Positions 17,067 through 26,533 are shown, counted from the first letter of the stretch. The stretch: 64,000 bases of DNA from an uncultured delta proteobacterium (GCA_903904655.1 CAIVDK010000139.1:3325-67324), one strand, 5' to 3'. The notes: generated by a model not told the origin, from the sequence alone. Numbers and translations: made by a program.

Positions 17067-18458
17067 ATGCAGATCGTCTTTTGTAATAAATATTTTTTTT
17101 TAAACGGCGGTGTCGAAAAATATCTTTATGATGTTATGACTTACCTCTCGGCCAGGGGGCATACGACCATTCCTTTCAGCGTCCGTTATGCCGGAACCTG
17201 GCCTTCTCCCTATCAGGACTATTTTCTGGCGCCTCCCGGAGACCCTGAACAGGCGCTTTGGGCAAACATCCGGTTTTCCCCTGCCAATATTCTGAGATTT
17301 CTGGACAGAAGTACCTACTCCTTTGAAGCCAGAATAAAATTGAGCCGGCTACTGACAGCGTTTCCCGGAACGGACATCGCCTATATCCTGAACATCTATA
17401 ACTACATGTCTCCAAGCATCATCCACACGCTCAGGCGTCATCACATCCCCGTGGTGATGCAGATCGGCGATTATAATCTGCTTTGTCCCAGCTATTCACT
17501 GCTGCGGGATGGCAGGCCTTGTACGCTCTGCGTTCGGGGACAATATTATCATGGACTCCAGCACCGGTGTGTGAAGAATAATCTGGCCGCTTCCGCGGTT
17601 CGGGTTGCAGCCATGTATATCCAGCGCTTGCTCGGATTGTATGAACTGGTGGATGCCTTTGTCGTACCTTGTGAGTTCATGAAAGACAAACTGCTCGAAG
17701 GCGGTGTTTCCAAACACAAGACGCATGTGTTGTATTATCCGATTGAAAGAAGACAGGGAAAGAGAAAAAGAAAAGGGGAGAGAGCAGGAGAGGGTAGGAG
17801 AGCAGGAGAGAGAAAGAGCGAAGCAGACGCGCGTGAAGATCGGTTTCATGTGCTGAAGTATCCCATTGAAAGAACCGTTGATCCGGATAAGGACTGGCAT
17901 AAAAAAGACTATATTCTCTATTTTGGTAGATTATCTTATGAAAAAGGAATAGACACCTTGATCGGCGCATTTCAGAAGCTGAATCCGCCGATAGACCTTT
18001 ATATCATCGGCCGAAGTTACGATGGAGAAGAGGAACGCCTGAAACGGCTTATTTTGCCTCATGTGCAAAACCGCATCCATTTTCTGGGATTTCAGTCTGG
18101 GCAAACCCTGATGCGCTGGATTGCGGAAGCTCTGTTCAGTGTGGTACCCAGCCGCTGGTATGACAATGCGCCGATCAGCACATATGAGAGCTTCATGAAT
18201 GGAACACCGGTTCTGGCGTCCCGCATCGGCGGAATTCCCGAGCAGATCGAGGAAGGGGTGACCGGGCGATTGTTTGAACCGGACTCCTGTGAGGACCTGG
18301 CGCAGAAAATGGACGAGATGCTCGCGAACAGGGATCAACTGCTGCAAATGGGAATCGCAGGTCAGGCCTATGTCAAAAAAACGCTGCTTATCAATGATCA
18401 AATGGACAGCCTGATGAACTTGTTTGAAACCGTTATTGCTGATTACAAACGGAGATAG
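17067..18458 (+). CDS. Glycosyltransferase family 4 carrying an in-frame charged insertion
   Basis: N-terminal GT4-like domain. C-terminal motifs YILYFGRLSYEKGIDTL and VVPSRWYDNAPISTYESFMNGTPVLASRIGGIPE. The 41-aa insert RRQGKRKRKGERAGEGRRAGERKSEADAREDRF... lies between the duplicated HVLYYPIER and HVLKYPIER. Confidence 0.8.
   Translation: MQIVFCNKYFFLNGGVEKYLYDVMTYLSARGHTTIPFSVRYAGTWPSPYQDYFLAPPGDPEQALWANIRFSPANILRFLDRSTYSFEARIKLSRLLTAFPGTDIAYILNIYNYMSPSIIHTLRRHHIPVVMQIGDYNLLCPSYSLLRDGRPCTLCVRGQYYHGLQHRCVKNNLAASAVRVAAMYIQRLLGLYELVDAFVVPCEFMKDKLLEGGVSKHKTHVLYYPIERRQGKRKRKGERAGEGRRAGERKSEADAREDRFHVLKYPIERTVDPDKDWHKKDYILYFGRLSYEKGIDTLIGAFQKLNPPIDLYIIGRSYDGEEERLKRLILPHVQNRIHFLGFQSGQTLMRWIAEALFSVVPSRWYDNAPISTYESFMNGTPVLASRIGGIPEQIEEGVTGRLFEPDSCEDLAQKMDEMLANRDQLLQMGIAGQAYVKKTLLINDQMDSLMNLFETVIADYKRR
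17724..17874. repeat. 28-bp imperfect direct repeats (period 123 bp) flanking a polypurine tract of about 85 nt
   Basis: catgtgttgtattatccgattgaaagaa (17724-17751) versus catgtgctgaagtatcccattgaaagaa (17847-17874). The intervening + strand is almost entirely G/A (agggaaagagaaaaagaaaaggggagagagcaggagagggtaggagagcaggagagagaaagagcgaag). Confidence 0.85.
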
Positions 18459-18462
18459 CGCT

Positions 18463-19584
18463 ATGGTCAATCCCCAGAAAACCCGCGTTGCCGTTCTGGT
18501 ATCCTTACTGACCATCGGCGGCGCCGAGCAGTTGCTGCTGGAGCTGCTGCGTCATATTGACCGGCAGCGCTTTGAACTGCACATTTTCTTTTTAAGAGAA
18601 CCGGGACTTGTGGGGAAAGAGGTGCTGCAATTGGGGTTTCCGGTAACCACTGAAATCATTCGATCCAAATTTGACCTGTCCGGAATTTTCAGGCTGGCAA
18701 GGCTTCTGAAAGAGAATAAAACGGATGTTATTTTTCTGATCAATCACCTCAACACCCTCTTCTTTGGCGTTCTGGCGGCCAAGCTGGCAGGTGTCCGGTC
18801 CTGCATCAACTGGGAGAACGAAACGTATAAGAAATACCCCTTTCACAAGCTGACCATGCTGGGGCGACGCATCCTGCACCTGGGCATTGATTATGTTGTG
18901 GCTGCGGCAAAGGGGCATGGCGACTATATTGCCGCCGAAGAGAAAATACCTTACGCCAAGATCCGGGTTATTTATAACGGTGTGGATCCGGAGCGGTTTC
19001 AATCATCGCTAAGTCCGGGGGAGGCCCGTAAACGCCTGGGAATACCGCCGGAAAGCCCCGTGGTCAGTATCGTAGCGGCGCTCAGGCCGGACAAGGCCCA
19101 TCATGTGTTCCTGCAGGCCGCCCGATTGGTTGTGGATGCCATCCCCGAATCCCATTTTCTGGTGATTGGCGACGGTCCCCAAATGCCCTTTCTGAAAACC
19201 CTTGCCCTGGAGTTGCATATCGAAAAGCAGGTCCATTTTATGGGATTCCAGCGCCAGCTCGGGGATATTTTTGCAGCGATCGACATTAACTGCCTGTCGT
19301 CCTATCCCCAGCAGGAAACGCTTTCTGTCGCTGCGATCGAAGCCATGTCCGCCGGCATTCCCATGATCTGCACGGATGTCGGCTTTATGAATGAAATCGT
19401 GATTCCCGATGAAACCGGCTTTCTGGTTCCTGTGGACGACCCGGTCGGCCTGGCAGAAAAATTAATCCATGTGCTGAAAAACCCCGAACAGCAAAAATAT
19501 ATGGGCAATCAGGCCCGGAAACTGGTGAACGAAACCCTCAGCGTTCACCAGATGGCGAGAGCCTTTGAGCAGTTGATGACATGA
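18463..19584 (+). CDS. Glycosyltransferase family 4
   Basis: ATG at 18463 (GGAGA upstream, 4 nt after the previous stop). VAVLVSLLTIGGAEQLLLEL N-terminal motif. CLSSYPQQETLSVAAIEAMSAGIPMICTDVG C-terminal motif. Confidence 0.85.
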   Translation: MVNPQKTRVAVLVSLLTIGGAEQLLLELLRHIDRQRFELHIFFLREPGLVGKEVLQLGFPVTTEIIRSKFDLSGIFRLARLLKENKTDVIFLINHLNTLFFGVLAAKLAGVRSCINWENETYKKYPFHKLTMLGRRILHLGIDYVVAAAKGHGDYIAAEEKIPYAKIRVIYNGVDPERFQSSLSPGEARKRLGIPPESPVVSIVAALRPDKAHHVFLQAARLVVDAIPESHFLVIGDGPQMPFLKTLALELHIEKQVHFMGFQRQLGDIFAAIDINCLSSYPQQETLSVAAIEAMSAGIPMICTDVGFMNEIVIPDETGFLVPVDDPVGLAEKLIHVLKNPEQQKYMGNQARKLVNETLSVHQMARAFEQLMT

Positions 19585-20630
19585 TGAAAAATTCTCTTCG
19601 AGCGTTGCTGCTGGTGGACTGGATACCAGAGAAGGATGCGTTACTTCTCGATTCCTTGCGAAAAACCGGTCTCGACTGCGACATTATGGGGATCGACTTT
19701 CACCAATCCAGATGGACGCCCATCAATAAAATTTTCTCCCATTGGCCCAAGTGCCTCTGGGTTAGTATAAAAGCATATCGAAAGCGTCACGACTATGATT
19801 ATATGCTTGCCTGGTCGCAAATCATCGGGACTTTCCTGGGAATGATCAAATTCATAACGCGTTCAAATATTCCAAAAGTATTTATATTGGAAGCCGTCGT
19901 TGTTGAACGTGACAATCCGATACTGGAAAAATTTCGCAGGTGGTTTATTGCGACATCCTGGATAAGGGTCAATCATATCGGTTTGATGTCCAATGCCTAT
20001 AAGTGTTTAATTCAGGAGCGATTCAAGCTTCAAGAATGTCAATGCGTGCATCTGAAATCGCCGCTGATCATTGAAAAAAATAATGATTTTATCGGGTTTA
20101 AGGCTGGAAGTTATCTGTATTCCGCAGGCAGAAGCTATCGAGATTACCGGACCCTCATGGAGGCAGCCAAGAAAAGCAAATATCACTTCGTTGTGGCCAC
20201 ATCGGATGATGCCCTTCAGGGATTGATCATACCGGATAATGTGACGGTATATCGAAACACGTTTGGTCAGGAAGCGGACAAGTTGCTAAAAGAGGCTGCA
20301 GCGGTGATCATTCCGTTGGACAGAACAACGTCCCCGGCAGGCGATCTGACATTAACGGAAGCCATGTATTACGGAAAGCCAGCCATCATCACGGAAACTC
20401 TCATCACCCAGGAATATATTGTGCATGGGAAAAACGGCTTTCTGGTTCCCTGGAAAAATCCCGATGCTATTGTCGATGCCGTGAATGTCATTTTCTCTGA
20501 TCCGGAAAAAGCCGATTTCATCGGACGCATGGCCAGACAGACGGTGGTGGAAAATCATACCCTTGATATTTTTTCACGTCATATAGCGGATGTCATTAAA
20601 AATGATATTTATGGAGAAGAATCTATATGA
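19581..20630 (+). CDS. Glycosyltransferase (GT-B, GT1/GT4-like C-domain)
   Basis: ATGA overlap with the upstream gene. C-terminal half GDLTLTEAMYYGKPAIITETLITQEYIVHGKNGFLVP resembles the GT1 donor-binding domain. Same length (349 aa) and architecture as the next gene. Confidence 0.6.
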   Translation: MMKNSLRALLLVDWIPEKDALLLDSLRKTGLDCDIMGIDFHQSRWTPINKIFSHWPKCLWVSIKAYRKRHDYDYMLAWSQIIGTFLGMIKFITRSNIPKVFILEAVVVERDNPILEKFRRWFIATSWIRVNHIGLMSNAYKCLIQERFKLQECQCVHLKSPLIIEKNNDFIGFKAGSYLYSAGRSYRDYRTLMEAAKKSKYHFVVATSDDALQGLIIPDNVTVYRNTFGQEADKLLKEAAAVIIPLDRTTSPAGDLTLTEAMYYGKPAIITETLITQEYIVHGKNGFLVPWKNPDAIVDAVNVIFSDPEKADFIGRMARQTVVENHTLDIFSRHIADVIKNDIYGEESI

Positions 20631-21676
20631 TATCCAAATTGAAACTGGTGATATTGGTCAACTGGAAGGAAGACGGAAACTGGTCTTTTCTCCATCTGCT
20701 TAAAAACAAGATTCAAAATGTTGATATTCTTCAGCCGGTTTCTTTCACACATCCGGTTGGCAGCCAATTGACCCGTCTCTCAAACTATTTATCAGAATTC
20801 TACGGGCCGCTCCTGGCATTGATCCGAAGAAAACGTTTTGATGTTGTTCTCTCCTGGCAAATGCGCATTGGCATCTGCTACGGCATCCTGAAACGAATCG
20901 TTCATTTCCAAAAGCCGCCTGTTCATATCATTCAGGATTTTCATATTGATTTAACACAGACGCGATGGCTGTATCGGATTCAAATCGAGCTGATGAAAAT
21001 GGCAATCCCTGGAATTGACTATTTTTTATGCACATCTACGGAAGAAGAGAAGATTTACAGTCAAATGTTTGGCATTCCCCGAAGTCAGATTGTATTTTTA
21101 CCCTTAATGGCGCCGCGGTCCCATTTCGAGGAACCGGACCACCCCAAAAAGGATTATATTTTTTCTTATGGGAAAAGCGACAGAGACTTTGACACGTTGG
21201 TTCGGGCGGTTACCCCGTTGAGTATTAAAACTTATATTCTATCTCAAAAATATAAACCGACGGTTCCGGTGCCGGAAAATGTCTGCATCCTCCGGGGGTA
21301 TGTTTCCGGCAAGGATATGATCCAATGGATTGCATCCAGCCGGATGGTGGTTCTTTTACTGAAAGACTATCGCGTTTCAGCCGGTCAGCTCAGTATGCTG
21401 GAGGTGATGGCCCTGGCAAGGCCGCTGATCATCACGGAGAATATGGCCACGAAAGAATATGCGGTTCACAAGCAGACCACACTGTTTTTTGAAGCAGGTC
21501 ATGATAAGGAGTTAGCTGGCCATATTCAGTATTTGTGGAATAACCGGGAAGCCGCAGAACATATCGGGCAGCAGGCCCGGCAGGCCGCCTTGAAATTTGA
21601 TGATCGCCGCATGGAGGTCTTCAACAAGCTGCTGGAAAGTTGTGCAATGGATATTCAGAAAGGAGAACGCCAATGA
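20627..21676 (+). CDS. Glycosyltransferase (GT-B, GT1/GT4-like C-domain), distant paralogue of the preceding gene
   Basis: ATGA overlap. GQLSMLEVMALARPLIITENMATKEYAVHKQTTLFFE is the equivalent C-terminal motif. Confidence 0.6.
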   Translation: MISKLKLVILVNWKEDGNWSFLHLLKNKIQNVDILQPVSFTHPVGSQLTRLSNYLSEFYGPLLALIRRKRFDVVLSWQMRIGICYGILKRIVHFQKPPVHIIQDFHIDLTQTRWLYRIQIELMKMAIPGIDYFLCTSTEEEKIYSQMFGIPRSQIVFLPLMAPRSHFEEPDHPKKDYIFSYGKSDRDFDTLVRAVTPLSIKTYILSQKYKPTVPVPENVCILRGYVSGKDMIQWIASSRMVVLLLKDYRVSAGQLSMLEVMALARPLIITENMATKEYAVHKQTTLFFEAGHDKELAGHIQYLWNNREAAEHIGQQARQAALKFDDRRMEVFNKLLESCAMDIQKGERQ

Positions 21677-22692
21677 AAACCCGTCAAACACTGATCGCCG
21701 TATTGTTAGGGATGATTATTCTGGTATTGCCCATGAAGGGACACACTATTACAACCATGAGCATTCAATTTGAGGAAACCCTGCGCCTGATCAGTTTGGA
21801 CATGCCGCGCAAAGAGGTTATTGAAACACTGGGAACTCCGGACATCATCAAGAGCGACGGGCTGTGTCTGCAATATGAATCGATGGGGTTGAGCATTTTT
21901 CTCAATGGGAAGGACCAGGTTGAACAGATCTATCTGTCCAGAAGCTTTAAAGGATCTGTAGGCAATAAACAGCCATCCAAGGCCATACAACTTGCTGATA
22001 TTGAAAAAGAGTTCGGTGCATCCGTGGATGTTGCGACACTCAATTACCAGCCCTCCCCGATCATTCAAAGCAAGGCGACGGCTGAAACCGAGAATAAAAC
22101 AGACCCCACCGGCAAGGAAAAAGAGGAATTCCCGCTTCAATACGAAGGCAATAAAAAACTTTATGTGTTTTACACCGGCGGAAAGCCTATGAAATACAAA
22201 TACGTTTTGGATAATGAAGGGATCGCCTTCTGGCTGGATCAGGACAAGCAACTTTATGCAACTGTCCTTTACACATCTCGAACAAAAAATGCCGGTATCC
22301 AGTTACCGATCATAGAAAAAGAACCGGCTGCAATAAAAAAGGCCGCGGAAAAACTCCGTCTGCCGATTGTTCATTTTGATTTTGACAAGTACAATATTAA
22401 GAAGCTCTACGTTCCGGATCTGGAGCAACATGTGGCCTATTTAAGTACAAATCCCTCATCGCCCGTCACCGTTGAAGGGCATACCGATTATATAGGCTCG
22501 GACCAATACAACCAGAAGCTGTCGGAAAGAAGGGCAAATGCCGTTCGTAAATATCTCATCGAAAAGGGAATCGCCTCTTCGCGGATCCGGGTGGTGGGAT
22601 ATGGTGAGCAACGGCCCATTGCAGACAACAAGACCAAGGAAGGCCGCGCCATAAACCGACGAGCGGAATTTGAAGTAACGGTTGAAAAATGA
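21673..22692 (+). CDS. OmpA-like peptidoglycan-binding protein with unknown N-terminal domain
   Basis: ATG at 21673 (ATGA overlap) gives the signal peptide MKTRQTLIAVLLGMIILVLP. C-terminal OmpA_C motif: VTVEGHTDYIGSDQYNQKLSERRANAVRKYLIEKGI...VVGYGEQRPIADNKTKEGRAINRRAEFEV. Confidence 0.8.
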   Translation: MKTRQTLIAVLLGMIILVLPMKGHTITTMSIQFEETLRLISLDMPRKEVIETLGTPDIIKSDGLCLQYESMGLSIFLNGKDQVEQIYLSRSFKGSVGNKQPSKAIQLADIEKEFGASVDVATLNYQPSPIIQSKATAETENKTDPTGKEKEEFPLQYEGNKKLYVFYTGGKPMKYKYVLDNEGIAFWLDQDKQLYATVLYTSRTKNAGIQLPIIEKEPAAIKKAAEKLRLPIVHFDFDKYNIKKLYVPDLEQHVAYLSTNPSSPVTVEGHTDYIGSDQYNQKLSERRANAVRKYLIEKGIASSRIRVVGYGEQRPIADNKTKEGRAINRRAEFEVTVEK

Positions 22693-22754
22693 TGATGACT
22701 GCGTCGGGTAGAGAATTTTGACCTGCTGATTCTGGCAGGAGGAGATAACGAACA

Positions 22755-23969
22755 TTGAATGTAACGATGATCACTTCGATGGACGATTTTTTGTCGTTGC
22801 GCCAGGATTGGGAGAAAATTCGATCCGATAACCGGGAAGAAAATTTCTATTATAGCTTTGACTGGTATGAAGCCATCTGTCGTTTTGGCGCCGAACCCTA
22901 TTGCTCCTTGTTCGTTCTCTTAATCAGAGACGATGACCGCATTGTTGCCATTCTTCCCTGCTGGATCATCAAAAAGCGGCCTCGGTTTATTACTCACAGA
23001 AGCGTTGAATTCATTGGAAATATCTATTCTCCCTACCGTGGAGGCATGGTCCTGAAAGGAAAAGAGGCGGATGTCGCCGATGCGATAGTCGATTTTATGC
23101 TGTCCAAACGAAAACTCTGGGACATTGCCTATCTTGAATTCATGCCGTCGAAGGATCCTTTTCTTTTGGCACTGGAGCGGTCATTTGAGAAAAAGCCCAT
23201 GATTACGCGAAAAGTAGAACAGTACGCCAACCTCATCGTCGATGTCGATCCCGGGCAAAACGCTGAAGATTACTGGAACAGCAGAACGAAGAGCTTCAGG
23301 CAACATATCCGAAGGTGTCTTAATCGATTGAGGCGCGATGGGAAAGCAAAGATTCTTCTGACCTGTAATCCTGAACAGTCGGTACGTGTCGCGATGGATC
23401 ATTATGAAGACATTTATCGATGCAGCTGGAAAGAGGCTGAAGGTGATCCGATTTTTCACCGTAATCTTGCGGAATATTTGCTGTCCAAAGGCAAATTGCG
23501 CCTGTTTACTCTCTATTTTAAACAAGGCGGATCGGAAAAATCGAGCGATGGATTCCTGCCCATCAGTATAGGCACCGCCACCCAATGCATTTCTGAAGGG
23601 TACGTACCGATTGCCACAGCCTATTTTGTGGCCGACGGCGCTTATGCCGGTATGTTGAAAACCGCGTATCGACAGGATTATGACAAGTATTCATCCGGAA
23701 CGCTTTTGACTTGGCATGTAATCCAATGGCTGCTGGATCGGGATAAGACCAAGGTCATCGATTTTCAGCGGGAAGGAGATGCCTATAAATACAAGTGGGG
23801 CCGGTTCCGGGATATGCACATGCTCCTGAAGGTGGCCAGCCCTTCGAGTCCGCTGGCGATGATCGAGACACTGGGCGAGAAATACCTGATCCCTGCGATG
23901 AGAAGAATCGGCTGGATGAAAACCCCGGATTTTTCCGTGATCCCCAAACCGAATTCATCGGAGATGTAA
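22755..23969 (+). CDS. FemAB/CelD/BioF2-like GNAT-fold acyltransferase (Acetyltransf_6 type), copy 1
   Basis: 404 aa. W-x-x-L N-terminal pattern (FLSLRQDWEKI...FYYSFDWYEA) and C-terminal DFQREGDAYKYKWG motif typical of CelD/BioF2-like proteins in EPS loci. TTG start 9 nt after GGAGGAG. Confidence 0.75.
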   Translation: MNVTMITSMDDFLSLRQDWEKIRSDNREENFYYSFDWYEAICRFGAEPYCSLFVLLIRDDDRIVAILPCWIIKKRPRFITHRSVEFIGNIYSPYRGGMVLKGKEADVADAIVDFMLSKRKLWDIAYLEFMPSKDPFLLALERSFEKKPMITRKVEQYANLIVDVDPGQNAEDYWNSRTKSFRQHIRRCLNRLRRDGKAKILLTCNPEQSVRVAMDHYEDIYRCSWKEAEGDPIFHRNLAEYLLSKGKLRLFTLYFKQGGSEKSSDGFLPISIGTATQCISEGYVPIATAYFVADGAYAGMLKTAYRQDYDKYSSGTLLTWHVIQWLLDRDKTKVIDFQREGDAYKYKWGRFRDMHMLLKVASPSSPLAMIETLGEKYLIPAMRRIGWMKTPDFSVIPKPNSSEM

Positions 23970-24005
23970 GGGACGCATCCCATAGGTGTGAGGAGATAAC
24001 GAACA

Positions 24006-25220
24006 TTGAATGTAACGATGATCACTTCGATGGACGATTTTTTGTCGTTGCGCCAGGATTGGGAGAAAATTCGATCCGATAACCGGGAAGAAAATTTCTA
24101 TTATAGCTTTGACTGGTATGAATCCGTCTGTCGCTTTTGTGCCGAACCCTACTGTGCCTTGTTCGTTCTCTTAATCAGAGACGATGACCGCATTGTTGCC
24201 ATTCTTCCCTGCTGGATCATTAAAAAAAAACCGCGGTTTATTACTCACAACAGCCTTGAATTCATTGGAAATATCTATTCCCCCTGCCGGGGAGGCCTTG
24301 TCCTGAAAGGAAAAGAAGCGGATGTCGCCGATGCGGCGGTCGATTTTATGCTGTCCAAACGAAAACTCTGGGACATTGCCTATCTTGAGGGCATACCCTC
24401 AAGGGATCCCCTGCTTTTGGCCTTGGAGCAGTCATTTGAAAAAAAGCCCGTGCTTACAAGAAAAGTCGAACAGTATGCCAACATCATCGTCGATGTCGAT
24501 CCCGGACAATGTGCCGATGATTACTGGAAAAGCCGCAAAGGAAAGTTCAGACATGAGATTCGAAGATATTTGAACCGTCTGAAACGTGATGGAAAAGCCA
24601 GAATCCTGCTGACTTGCAATCCTGAGCAGCCCATATGTACCGCGATGGATCATTATGAAGACATTTATCGATGCAGTTGGAAGGAGGCTGAATGTGATCC
24701 GCTTTTTCACCGTAATCTTGCAGAATATTTGCTGTCCAAAGGCAAACTACGTCTGTTCACCCTCTATTTTAAACAAGGCGAATCAGAAAAATCGGGCGAT
24801 GGATTCCTGCCCGTCTCTGAAGGCGATGCCGCCCAATGCATTTCGGAAGGGTACATACCGATTGCCACGGCTTATTGTGTGGTCGACGGTGCTTATGCCG
24901 GTATGTTGAAAACCGCGTATCGACAGGATTATGACAAGTATTCATCCGGAACACTTTTGAACTGGCATGTTATCCAATGGCTGCTGGATCGGGATAAGAC
25001 CAAGGTCATCGATTTTCAGAAAGAAGGGGATGCCTATAAATACAAGTGGGGAAGGTTCCAGGACATGCATTTGCTCCTGAAGGTGGCCAGCCCTTCGAGT
25101 CTCCTGGCGATGATCGAGACCTTGTGCGAAAAATACCTGATCCCTGCAATGAGAAGAATCGGATGGATGAAAACCCCGGATTTTTCCGTGATTCCCAAAT
25201 CGGATTCATCGGAGGTGTAG
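24006..25220 (+). CDS. FemAB/CelD/BioF2-like GNAT-fold acyltransferase, copy 2
   Basis: Same length as copy 1 and roughly nine residues in ten identical by eye. Contains an A9 run at 24222-24230. Confidence 0.75.
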   Translation: MNVTMITSMDDFLSLRQDWEKIRSDNREENFYYSFDWYESVCRFCAEPYCALFVLLIRDDDRIVAILPCWIIKKKPRFITHNSLEFIGNIYSPCRGGLVLKGKEADVADAAVDFMLSKRKLWDIAYLEGIPSRDPLLLALEQSFEKKPVLTRKVEQYANIIVDVDPGQCADDYWKSRKGKFRHEIRRYLNRLKRDGKARILLTCNPEQPICTAMDHYEDIYRCSWKEAECDPLFHRNLAEYLLSKGKLRLFTLYFKQGESEKSGDGFLPVSEGDAAQCISEGYIPIATAYCVVDGAYAGMLKTAYRQDYDKYSSGTLLNWHVIQWLLDRDKTKVIDFQKEGDAYKYKWGRFQDMHLLLKVASPSSLLAMIETLCEKYLIPAMRRIGWMKTPDFSVIPKSDSSEV

Positions 25221-25223
25221 GAA

Positions 25224-26468
25224 ATGAATCACAATAAACGCCGATATTCTTGGACGGAACGAATGATCATCTCCGTCGGCTTGATCGCCGTCGGATTTTT
25301 CTATGCGGGGTTTTATTACCCGGATCCCTATGCCTCAAGGGCCATGGGGCGGATCTCTTTTGCGGTCATTTTCTGGGGGACGCGCATTTTAATCCCCGTT
25401 GCGGTCATCGGCTTATTACTTCTGTATCATGGGGTGAAAACCGGACGGATTTCCCCCGCCAACATTTTATTGATGGGCATTTCAACCATTGTGTGTATAG
25501 GGCTTGCCTATCCGGTAGCTTCATTTTTTTATTACCGCTCGTCCAGCATGGGGAGCAAGATTTCCGAATATCACCCCTATCTGCAGCTCTCGCCGCGGGA
25601 TGTGAATTTTCGCACCAACCCCGGGGAAAAGGTGATCACGATCCTGTGCCTGGGGGGCTCTACGACAGAATTCAAAGACAGCAAGGGGAAAGGTTGGCCG
25701 GATCAGCTTGAGGAAAAATTAAAGGAGCGGTATCCGACCGGAAATTTCCGTGTTTTAAATGCGGGCCGTCAGTGGTACACGACCCTTCACATGTTGATCC
25801 ATTATGAGACGAACCTCAGGCAGCATCGACCCGATATCCTCATCGTCATGGAAGCAATCAATGATTTGTTGCACAATGCCGATTTCAGTTATCTCAGTTT
25901 CAAACCTTTCCGCGGGGACTACGGCCATTTCTATGGCCCGATGCAAGGGATCATGGCCCGGAAAACATTTGAGGAATCCCTTTATGCCAAGTTTCGCAGC
26001 TTTTGGTATCATCATCCACGAGAACAAATCAATCAACAGCAATTTCAAGGCATTGTTCCTTATGAGCGAAATCTGCATACCCTGCTTGATCTGGCCCAAC
26101 TGGATAAGACGGATATCGTGCTGATGACTCAGCCCAATCTTTTCAAAAAGCAGATGAGCGCTCCTGAAATCGCAGCGCTCGATATGGTCCATTTTGAAGC
26201 GATAGGCGCGCGCTATCAGTGGAGCTTGGAGAGTGCCCGTCTGGGCATGGAAGCATACAATGAGGTGATGCGAAACATTTCAGGTAAGCGTCGTACCCAT
26301 CTGATCGATCTGGAAAGCAAAGTCCCAAAAACACTGGAATATTTTTTTGATGATGTTCATTATCGGGATATCGGTTTTGACCTCGTTGCCACTGCGGTTT
26401 TTAAAGAACTGACGCAAAGCGGCATTCTCGATAAAAAAATAAAATCAGCGGGAAATAAACACGACTGA
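25224..26468 (+). CDS. Membrane-anchored SGNH/GDSL-type hydrolase (probable O-acyl esterase/transferase)
   Basis: Four N-terminal TM helices. Then ITILCLGGSTTE (block I Ser), ILIVMEAINDL (block III) and FDDVHYRD (block V D-x-x-H). Confidence 0.6.
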   Translation: MNHNKRRYSWTERMIISVGLIAVGFFYAGFYYPDPYASRAMGRISFAVIFWGTRILIPVAVIGLLLLYHGVKTGRISPANILLMGISTIVCIGLAYPVASFFYYRSSSMGSKISEYHPYLQLSPRDVNFRTNPGEKVITILCLGGSTTEFKDSKGKGWPDQLEEKLKERYPTGNFRVLNAGRQWYTTLHMLIHYETNLRQHRPDILIVMEAINDLLHNADFSYLSFKPFRGDYGHFYGPMQGIMARKTFEESLYAKFRSFWYHHPREQINQQQFQGIVPYERNLHTLLDLAQLDKTDIVLMTQPNLFKKQMSAPEIAALDMVHFEAIGARYQWSLESARLGMEAYNEVMRNISGKRRTHLIDLESKVPKTLEYFFDDVHYRDIGFDLVATAVFKELTQSGILDKKIKSAGNKHD

Positions 26469-26533
26469 GGCCGAAATGAATTCAACGGCCGTTACATGAT
26501 GCGGATAATATTTCTATCGAAAGACGACAGCCT

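Larger units (their letters stand above)
22739..25225 (+). repeat. Tandem duplication, period 1251 bp, each unit = RBS + one CelD-like gene
   Basis: gaggagataacgaacattgaatgtaacgatgatcacttcg... occurs at both 22739 and 23990. About the first 130 bp of the two units are identical; the rest is diverged at scattered positions. Confidence 0.95.

Noticed and set aside
17931-18515. 194-aa minus-strand ORF
   Set aside because: Antisense to the 3' part of the GT4 gene at 17067..18458 and the start of the next GT4 gene. It is a shadow ORF.
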